A stretch of 64,000 bases of DNA. Origin: Syncephalis fuscata S228. Lineage: Eukaryota; Fungi; Zoopagomycota. This document shows, piece by piece, positions 54,099 through 64,000 of this stretch. The notes under the pieces are model-generated. The model had not been told where the DNA came from. It did not search any database and worked only from the letters and a program-made list of their open reading frames with translations. The stretch lies in assembly GCA_025786725.1 (NCBI GenBank), contig JAHLTZ010000063.1, positions 5,575 to 69,574 of the forward strand, read 5' to 3'. Position numbers and translations under genes: made by a program. Every line of letters begins with the position of its first letter. Within the stretch, counting starts at the first letter, position 1.

Positions 54099-54161
54099 CC
54101 TAGGCTTAATTTCAACCTGCCCAGTCTTGATTTTAACCTACCCGGTTTTTGCTTCAACCTG
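54099..54161. repeat. Three imperfect 21-bp tandem units
   Basis: cctaggcttaatttcaacctg / cccagtcttgattttaaccta / cccggtttttgcttcaacctg. Confidence 0.75.
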
Positions 54162-55557
54162 CTAATCATTTGCACGAGTACTGTAACAGTGTTTATAATC
54201 CAGTACATATGCGATAAAAATAGGCATATTAGTCTGTATTTCCTATTGCACAATCTAACTATTGGCGAAAACAAATATATTGTTTGGTTTTGTAAAAATT
54301 ATAATAATGTTTTTGCTGCCATTTCTACCGATTCGGTTCTCAGTATTTGCATGCATACAAAATAACACACAACACTGATACAAAAACAAGTTTAATGCAT
54401 CAAACCGGTGTTTTTATACAAGCTTTTACTGTTATACATAGGTTAGCTATATTTTAAATTATAAATGTATTGATTGGTACATGCATGCATTTCATTCGAC
54501 ACTATGCCCATTGTTATGGGGTAATCATTGTTTCGAATTCACAAATGTATCACATCCAAACATATCATGCCACATGTTGTGCAATTATCATCGTTCAAAT
54601 GGCGGCTAATCCAAATCATCTGAACTTGACTATACGATAAGTACTATTTGCAGGATAATGCATCGTGGCATTTTAAGCAATGGGACATTCCAACAAGTCA
54701 TTTTTAGCAGTTTTTCGGCTGTAAACCAAATCGCATCGGCTAGATTACACACAATACAATATGCAGACACTAGCTAGACACGCCAGAAAGCACTAGACAC
54801 TTACCAGTAATTTCGAGTATATTGTGGCTGCAGATCACATATAAACTGATAATCGTCCAAGGCCTAACTGCTGCTTACCTTTCTGAAACTTGATTTTGAC
54901 AAGTTAAATAAGATGGAATATAGAACAACAAGCCAAAGCTGAAACCAATGGAAAAACAAACGGCAGCCCAAAGACCTACTGTTTTAACCTATAACCTATA
55001 GCAAACCATTATAGTTATGCTAAGCTAAACTGCATTTATCAAAAGCTGGCTGTTGCTGATGCAGCCAGAACAGCAGCAACGTTAAACCGAGATAACACAC
55101 AGAAAACAGAGAAATGTAAATAGAACTAAATCAATGAGTTTTGGTAGTTAAATAACTTATTATTGTCGCTATAATTATAATGCTAGTTGTTTGTACGGAT
55201 AAATATTTACAATCATATTGTAATCTCTTATATGCTCACATTTACACGATCACCAATTAAGCCAACTATTGTAAGGCTTAATTTAATTATTTATCAAAGT
55301 AAGCAGCCAATGTCATACATTATTACATTGATAGAAAGACAAATCAATTGTATTTATTGGCCATTAATAAAAGCTGTATAGCTATATATTAAAATAAAAC
55401 AAAACATTGGATTGAGCGCATAATATTTATATGATCAAATCATTTTTACCTTGACTTACATATTTTGACCTCAAAGTAAAGCTCGTTTTAATTGAAGTCG
55501 CACTGCTATACACAACACAGTTAGATTGCTTCCTGATAAAATGTTGGCAATAAATTG

Positions 55558-55720
55558 ATTTAGATAAAAGAACGTAACATACTATTTAATTTCTTTGAAA
55601 CATTTGAGGTTTGTTGTTGACCATGTGTAGAGAGATTAATCGAATATCAATAGAAGCCATATGATCACAATTCCATGTCATTTTATATTTGTTGCTGTTG
55701 CATCTACGTACAGCATTACT
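55558..55720 (-). mobile_element. Decayed Fanzor/TnpB-like nuclease 3' fragment (copy 2)
   Basis: Open 45-codon frame 55720-55586, SNAVRRCNSNKYKMTWNCDHMASIDIRLISLHMVNNKPQMFQRN*. The nucleotides align by eye with 51871-52030, including about 25 nt beyond the stop. Confidence 0.75.
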
Positions 55721-56174
55721 TTACAGTTATTAAAATTTATAGTTATTGTAATGTCGGACTTGGACCCAATGGCATCATAAAACGGAGTCCGAATACTTAA
55801 TATAATTGTTTACAATTCCACTTTCAGATTTTATTTATTCTATTATTCATTGTTTACTAATAATATCAAGTTCGTGATAGTTAAGTGTTTATGGCTTAAT
55901 TGTTACATTTGCTCTATCTAACTTCCATATACTCCACCAATGCGACAGTTATTAAATAAAATCTTTTTTGCCGTATGTTATATTATTTATATTGAGTAAA
56001 GTAAATGATTTGTAAATGCTTTTAATTGAATAAAATCATAGGGAATATATTAAAAATACAGAAAAAGCAGCCGTGTTAATGTATGAACTTGACCCAAAAT
56101 AAACAAATGTAGTTGCCAGAGACCATTATCTACAAGTCAATCAATCAAACAAACAAACGAACATCCAATAGCAG

Positions 56175-56545
56175 CTACAGTCCAGCGACAGCACTAAGAC
56201 CTCGTGTATTGGATCTGCGAAGTAAACGGCCTATATGATCTGCTGGATTGACAACGGTCACCTTTGAAATGTTGTTATTGCTTCCTTCAGCGAGGCTATC
56301 TTTGACGCCACGTGATGATAAGCCCGTCCCAGTCGGGAACGGGACCACCGGGAGGTGGTTGGTCGTGTTGTTGATAGCTCTCCCGTTTGACGACTGGTAA
56401 GCTGATTCTGAATAGATGGATTGTTGGTGTTGATACTGGTGTGGCTTTTGTTTTTGTTGCTGTTCGGAATGTAAATGGTTGGGAAATGAATTGTTGGAAG
56501 GCCACTGAAAGGATTGCTGGGTGTTATTGCCGGTGTGAAACGAAT

Positions 56546-56576
<31 letters not shown>

Positions 56577-57636
56577 TGATTTATAGTCTGAAATCGTTTC
56601 TGTTGGCTGAACACGTGAGTTAAAGTTTAATGGTACATTCTCTCGTGTGTTATCAGTAGAAGTGATTTTAGATTCACCTGTGTCATAATACATATCATCG
56701 CTATTTGTGCCATGACTGGATGACAGTGCTAAATGATGACTGGTTGGATAAGAGCTGGGGGTAATTGCCTGGCTTTTGACGCTATTTTTGCTATTGGGCG
56801 AAATAGTGTTGCAAGCATTTACAGCGTGCAGTTGGGACGATTCACCGGGTATGGACGTCGATGATGCCCTTCGTGCGTATGAATGCTGAGACAATGTGGT
56901 GGCCAACATGGTGCGGTGAATAGCGTGAGTTGGCGGTAGCATTCGTATAGCTACTGAAAATAAATGCGATTCATCAACGGCCAGTGAGAAATCGAGTAAG
57001 CGTAGCATTTGACGTTCCATTAATGAAATCTCCGATGCTGGAAAGCCAATATGATGCTGATCCCAATGATTGTTATTTGGCCAGTAGTCGCTAATATACT
57101 TGCCGGCGATAACTAACGAGGCCAAAAATAGGCGATGTGCTGTACATGTTTGGCCACGCGCCTCTTTGGGCAAACGTGATCGCAAACGATCCAAGAGAAC
57201 GACAACACACATCAGTGTGCCGGTGCGCACTCTAGAACATCTCGAGACAAATGCAATAAATGCCTCCAAAGGTGGAGGGGGAAGGCCGGAACGGAATGCA
57301 CCAATAGAAGCGTCGATTGGCTTATTGCTGGATGCAGACGAAAGTCGATGAGAGCTATTGCGCGACCCTGACGACAAGGAATTAAGAGCAGCAGCGGGTA
57401 GCATCTCAGGAACTACGCGATTAGCAGATTCGGCCACCAGTCCTAAAGGTAAAATATATTGGTTAATACATGTTGCGATTTGGCCCATATAGTAATAGCA
57501 ACTTACTAATAAGATTATCGGAAATATCTGCAGAACACACCTCTCTCAACATTGTCGAATCAATCATGGGATTAGGCAGATTAAAGGTGTTGCCTTCGTG
57601 ACCCATAGATGCTTTAGCGCTTGATCCAGGTACCAT
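56175..57636 (-). CDS. Pho85-type cyclin (Pcl1/Pcl2 family)
   Basis: Exon 1 MVPGSS...DISDNLIR, an intron at about 57445-57506, then PPLEAFIAFVSRCSRVRTGTLM..LLDRLRSRLP...TAHRLFLASLVIAGKYISD...EISLMERQMLRLLDF. Gln-rich tail. Confidence 0.93.
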
Positions 57637-60600
57637 GTTGAACGAATTGGTGTAGTTAAGTAGCCAAAAGCAGCTGTACAGCTTAAAGTGTGCTTATTGA
57701 TAAGCTGTCTACAAATAAAATAGTAATAATAATTAAGGTTTAAGGTTAGTAAATTAGAAATTGAAAAAAATGATTGGCAGAAAAGACGATGAGTAACATA
57801 AACTAAGGTAAATACAGGTAAAACGTTTACGAAAATATATTAGAGTCGAGTACACAAGTAATAAATATCAATAAAGGCTCGGTTTGCTAGCTGAGCAACC
57901 TTAACGTTTACGCTAATACTAAATGAGATGATGGTTATCAAATCACTGTACGGCAATTATTAATTGATATACAGACGGTGTTACAGTCGCAATTGGCCAA
58001 AAAGGAAAGGGGAATAATAGGGAGACACAACAAACTGTGTTGGATTAGCCAAGTGTGTGAAGGAGACAACGCACAAGCGTCAATGTAGCCTAAAGGGGAG
58101 AACGCAAGAGCAAAACTGAAATAGAGATAAAGAAATAGAACGAAGGAAATAAGAGGATAGAATAGTAGTATACGTGCGTTTACAATTATGTGCATATAGG
58201 AACATATGTAGTGTATATGTGTGTTCCAACAAGCAAAAGGAGATCGATCCAAGGAGAAACAGATCCTGTATACAAACAGCTTGGAAGAATATACAAACAC
58301 CGTAGAAATCAAAATGCCAGAAAATCGGGGCTGAGAAAGTGTAAACGACGTGGAGTGAATGGAAATACTAAGTATGATACTTGCATGTTAAACAATCGAT
58401 TAAAAACAAACGTCTATTATGATTCAACCATTGCTAGTGTGGTAGCTAATTAAATAGTCGTCATAATGATGACCGACGGCTAAACATCATCATCATCATC
58501 ATTTGTTACATGATGTCAAAAGGTAAAACACGCTGGGGAATAAGAAAGGAGGATTGTCACGTTACCAACACTAATTTACAACTGGGCACGTAGCAAGGGG
58601 AATAAACTCAGTTTAAAGGTGATCATGGCAATAACTATGGTCTAATGTGTAACGAACGCCTTGAACATTTAAATTATGTTGCCATAATAACATTCGCAAA
58701 TAAAAATAGAAATGCCAAAACAATGATGATTACGGCAAGTATCCATTTTGTATAATCAACGTCACGCATGGCAGTAATGTACCTTTAGTAAATGGGCAAT
58801 AGAAAGAATGACAGTGTTGATGATACTGATACTGATAATAAACAAAAAAGGATTGGCTGTCAAATACAAATGTGTTTTAGGGAATATGATAAACGCCGGC
58901 TACTAGCACGGTAGAAAGCGTATTTAACATCGCACCATGATTTAGCCAATATCGTTGAGTATTCATGTCAAGTACACACACATATAGGAAGAGGGGGAAG
59001 GGGAACGAGGAGCCACCAATACAGTCTAGAAAGTCTGCAGCACCATCAATAGAAAAGCCGATGGCATAGTAATATGAAAACCGTAATAACAATGGCTATA
59101 GCACGTGTCGTTGTTGTACTCTCTCACTTTTTCTCTTTCTCTTGCCTACATTTTTTAGACACATAAAGGTGGTTAACACATTGTCCGCAAAGAAAGTCTG
59201 TGCATCACTGTAAAGATCTCTGTGTAAGATGTGTCGGCTAAGAGACACCAGAAAGGTGAAACTAATGTGCACTGTGTTCTCTTTGGCAATGATGCATGTA
59301 TATCCAATTGTGGTATTACCGAAAAGCAGGAGAATGCAGCAGTAATAAAAACGATAACTGGGGGAAAACTGGGTACTTGGAAAGCTCGAGTTTGGTTAAC
59401 GACATGCTGCTATAATAAAAAGGAGACTATATATCATTTGTGATACGAATAGACATTATTACATATAAAATAAAAGAATATAGAAATTGCTAAAAAAAAT
59501 AGGGGAAATGGTATTACTTACTGCTGTACAGGTGTGTAAAATAGAATTCTGAACAAAAAAACTGAATGGCTATGCACTATATCATATAGCCAAATCAAGA
59601 CAAAAAAGTAAAAGTAAAAAACTAACAAGAAGCGGTTTGAATAGCACGGTAAATGAGTATGTGTAAAAGTAGTCAATTATGGCGAAGAACAAATGAAGTC
59701 GCAGATATAAAGCTAGCAACGGTAATGACCGTGTCGAGAAGCAATATGGTAGACAAGGACAGCACGGTCACTAACGCAAAATTTAGAAACAAGTACTCAT
59801 TGACTCAAACACATACGCATTTAATTAATATATTGATAAATAGCTGCAACCGGGAACTAGGAACATCAGTGATGCGCCAACATGAGACGAGCCCAGTTTG
59901 CTAGTCTTAATGTGTTGTACTGATCAAATAAAATAGGGTAGATCAACAAATCCACAAGCATGTCCACTTTGTTAATAAATTCACGCAAATCAGATGGGAT
60001 CGGCAAAGTGGATTGTATCGAGCTGTATGTATCTCTCATATGCAAGCTTCAAAAAATCAGTTCGTATAAGAAAAGACCAAAACTACGTGCACACCATAGA
60101 TGATGCATTGCATGAAACTTAGAAGCAGGTCCAATAAAGATCAACACATTTCAGAAATGGTGTAAAATCTAGAACAGAGCCGATCATGAGTAGAATGTGC
60201 AATTGCATCATTGTAATGCGCTGCAATACATAATCAGTTGAGCTAAGAAGGAAAACTCATTAAATCAATGAGATCACCCATACACGCATCCATAATCATG
60301 TCGAAACGCATGGTACATTTTACAACAGTTATATACATTTATGCGTAAACAAAGGAGTAGTAATAGGAGCAAGCAATAAAGATGCTATCATTACCGCCAT
60401 CACCAAAGTTACTTGCCTGGAATTTCTCTGTAACAAGACTATAATAGAACAATACGTAGACTACAATGGCTATTGCAATATTATTCTTGGAACTTTACTG
60501 CACAAGAGAAAATACAAAGAACAAGAAAAAAGTAGTGAGCTGCTAAACAATGGATTTATCAGCACATAATATACAAAATCATTACAAATGCACTGAGAGA

Positions 60601-62189
60601 GCGAGCGATATCGTTAAACTGGAAACCAAAGTTTCACCCATAGGCAAACGAGTCAGACTTTTCGGCCGATACTGACACCAATGAGAAGCGCATCCTTCGA
60701 TCACTCTTTCACATGATTCACCCACTTGAGGTATGTATGTGTGTGCACCAGCTTACCTTGTTGTTGTTGCTCATAAGATGGATCTATTCGTCCAATAGTA
60801 TTATCGGCAATGCCGAGTGAAATAATCAAATAATCATAAAAATGCTGGTAAATAAGACAGTGGTATTAAAAGTCACTCGTCAGTCTTATTTATACGAGAG
60901 TCATAGATGTAGGATTGGCATTGCTGGTCTGATTCGGTATTTATCGTTCCGCGTGTCAAAGTAGGCATGTGTAACCGAATGGGTGATATACGGATGGACT
61001 GGCAAACCAAAAAGAGACAATTGTGAATAAATGGGAATTTCCGGCTAACAATAGAACTGCGCATGGCAGGAACATTCAATTCTAGATAAACGTGTTCTGC
61101 TTAGTTAGAACAATTAAAGTAATGTTTCCATCAGTTTTTTTCTATCTTTCTTGTGATAATAATAGTTGGGATATTCTCACACTGGGATATCGTTTTGTAC
61201 ATTGCAATGATTCACTTTGTGTTTATCTGTATGCCTTATCCAAGTAGAGACTCCACAGCTTCGTGGGAACAAACAAGCGAATAAACATGCTCCGTCCCGA
61301 TAGCTTCCTTCATTTCTAATCATCTAAAAACTACTCAGCGATAGCAAGCTGGCTATAATGTTATTCCGTTTTTGTACTAAATTGCATCATTTAATTGTTT
61401 TTATTCATTTAATAATACATAGCTTGATTCAATTTGAACGACAGGTCACAAATATAAGCATCTTCAAGGCGACTTAGCTTAGTAATTTCTATATTAGTTC
61501 GTAGAAGAGTGACATCATTGGCAATAATAAAACGATTAGGCTGTTGCCAATACATGTAATTTGCAAACATTTAGGCGAGCAAAAACACTAGTAAGGCTAC
61601 AGAGTACAAGCCAGTTTCTAGGATGCATCATCAGCAGTCAATCTCCAGGTGTGGTGCAACTCTAGTTATTTGTTTGTTATAGTATAGATGTGTCTAGAAT
61701 AAACGGTTTACTAATCAATTGATATAGCTATTTCTAAATTTATTTTTGCATGTGATTTAATCAGCTTAATGATAAACGAAGAGCATTATATTACTAATAA
61801 AAAGCAGCCAGTTACTCGTTTGTGCCCTAAATAACCAGGGCCATTGATGGATTATAGCCAATTATTTATTAATTAAATAGTAGTCGGTTTTATGACAGAA
61901 TCAGCAGGTTAATTAAAAATGTTGTTTTATTAGATCAAATACTGAATAAAATGATAAAACTATTGCACAGCTTTATCAATTACTTAAGAATGACAAACTG
62001 CTTTTTTGTTTCTGTTCTCTATCTATAGTGGATGCATGGTTGTGATCTATGGATATAGAAAGTTTTTTTTGCTGTGCTTTCTATCTTTTTAATATAAATG
62101 AAATACCTTCACCACATGCCAAGACCTTTATGAGCAGAGTAATTGAGCAAACTATCCATTTCCCTTTGCTCATAAGTCTGCATGCTGAT

Positions 62190-64000
62190 GCAGCTACTGT
62201 GCCTTCAGGAGTGAATACTATAGCTTCTTTAATTTTGAAAAACTGTTTATTTATTTAAAAAATAATCATTAAGTCGCTAATTTGTTTAATAAAAGTACAC
62301 GTTATCATTGTAAACGATTTAAATTTTTATTATACATCACTATTGACATAATTGCTACTACTTTTTACGTAATGACGGTAAGATAGATGTGGAATACAAT
62401 TGTCATTGAGATTCATTATATAATAGTTGGATAAAACTGCCTTAAACGAGTATCTTGAAGGCAACTTTGGTATCAGCACTGATCAACAAAATCTTGAAAT
62501 AGCGTATAAAGCACATGAAGAAACAAAAGAAAATGCAGCAAACAGTGCAAAACAAGGTCAGTAAACAAAGGCTTACATTGTACAAGTTTATATAATTTAA
62601 TAGATTTTAATCAATATAATACTGTTAAAAAGTCCAGTGATTTGAATGAAAAAAATATATAATTACGCGATCAGTTAAACAAAGCAAAACGTATTAATCT
62701 GGTGCTGTTCAAGAATATCAAACTACGCAATAGAGTCGAAGCGCTAGAAAACAAAGTTAAAAAGCAAAAAGTACAGCTAAAAAAGAGAAGAAAAAGCAAA
62801 ATGAAATAGAAAATAACTATCGAGAAAAAAATAATTAGAAAGCGACTACTGCAACAAACGGGACGAAGTAGAAAACGACTATCGGAAAAAGGAAGTGGAA
62901 TTGGAAAGGAATTACCAAGAAAAAGAGGAAAAGCTAGAAAACAAATACCGAGAAAAACAAAACAAAAAATGACTATATAAAGAAGGTGGAAGAGTTGGAG
63001 CATAATTATCAGAAAAAACAAACTGAAATAGAAAACAACTATTACAACAAACAAAATGAAGTAAAAATAGCTACCAGAAGAAAATAGAGGAATTAGAAAG
63101 CTGCCATCAGAAAAAGAAAAAGAACTACAAAAACGTGGAATAAAATTCAATCAAAAAGATAATAGTTCCTTCAAAGATGCAGAAACGGACTTGGCACCAT
63201 GCTTAATAGAATATGAAATGGCGATTAAAGGAATAATTAATAATTACAATAGTATTACTGAAATGATAGAAGGTACTAACGGAAATTCTTTCAACCGTAA
63301 AGATTTAGAAATATATAAAAAAGCTGCTGCTCTGTTATGCTTGATACTACTAATTATAGCAAAGATACTATAAGAAAGATCTACTATTAAAATTTTTTCA
63401 TAAAGCTCTAAATACAATTTTAACGATTGACGGGTCTAAAAAAGACAAATAAAAGTACAATAAGGTAATGAGTTATTAATTTGTTGCTATTTACACCAAT
63501 ATTTTGTGACAATATATTGCTTCAAATTGCTTACACTGTGAAAAAAAAGTTGCTATATTTTATAAGACATACACAAATACATACAAAGTTTTTATAATTA
63601 AAAGGACTGCTGTCTTGGCACTTAGCGTGCCTTGTTCGTAAATACTATCCTTTATTTTGAAAACTGTTTTATTTGTCTTCAAAATCCAGTATTCAATCAT
63701 CATCAATATATTAATAGAATGCTTCGTTTTATTGTAAATAATTAGATTTTGCTACACATTACTGTGACTTACTGCTAACTATTTTTGCGCAATAAAGTAA
63801 AGTTTTTTTAAAATGCAACCGTCATTGTGGCTTATTATAAAATAGTTGGATACATATAGTTTTTACAGATATTTCAAAGATAGCTTTGATATCAACGCTG
63901 TCCAACAAACTTCCAAGATATCAGGGGAAGAAAATGAAATAGTAAAAGAAAATAAAACTTTACTTGTAGAAATTACAACATCCAATGCAAAAAACAAGGT
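62190..64000 (+). repeat. Degenerate tandem duplication (about 62190-62560 vs about 63620-64000)
   Basis: Shared ordered blocks: aatacta..ttttgaaaactgttt, attgtaaa, gtcattg..attata.aatagttggata, ctttg.tatca.c.ctg..caacaaa and gcaaaa..caaggt. Confidence 0.65.
62660..63373 (+). pseudogene. Frameshifted coiled-coil gene with 11-aa repeats
   Basis: LESDYCNKRDEVENDYRKKEVELERNYQEKEEKLENKYREKQ and similar units, broken by indels in A-runs. Confidence 0.5.

Noticed and set aside
55754-55792. TCGGACT...AGTCCGA inverted repeat just upstream of Fanzor copy 2
   Set aside because: Only a 7-bp stem with a long loop, no target-site duplication and not shared with copy 1. Compatible with chance.
1-64000. 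tRNA, rRNA, CRISPR array, intact transposase or U12-type introns
   Set aside because: None recognised by eye. tRNAscan-SE/Infernal would be needed to exclude small ncRNAs.

Overview
AT-rich, intron-dense eukaryotic DNA from an early-diverging fungus. Short GTAAGT...CTAAC/T...YAG introns and the gene families suggest Zoopagomycota, possibly Syncephalis-like (inference). About 24 protein-coding genes can be read: CCDC9-like, RPR2, GRX5, a C2H2 TF, a Mug190/tricalbin-like SMP-C2 protein, a 7-TM protein, a small SET protein, LETM1-like, a chorismate mutase-prephenate dehydratase fusion, eIF6, Med28-like, Gvp36-like, a UPF0658-like membrane protein, APN2, CstF-50, a large disordered protein, MetRS, GEP4, a PPR protein, a secreted pseudokinase, a B-type cyclin, a Pcl cyclin and two small secreted prepropeptides, one of them missing from the ORF track. 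The main finding is in the gene-poor island between the two cyclins (about 51.7-56.1 kb). It holds two decayed, same-orientation 3' fragments of a Fanzor/TnpB-type RNA-guided nuclease gene, with remnants of the AYG..F, DEYxT(S)QxCxxC and CxxxWN(R)D motifs. These flank a Cys-rich secreted peptide gene, and a possible TA|CTCCCTCC mariner-like end lies downstream of one copy. No intact Fanzor is in the window. Several conserved genes carry small frameshifting indels, most likely consensus errors. All calls are by eye, with no database search.
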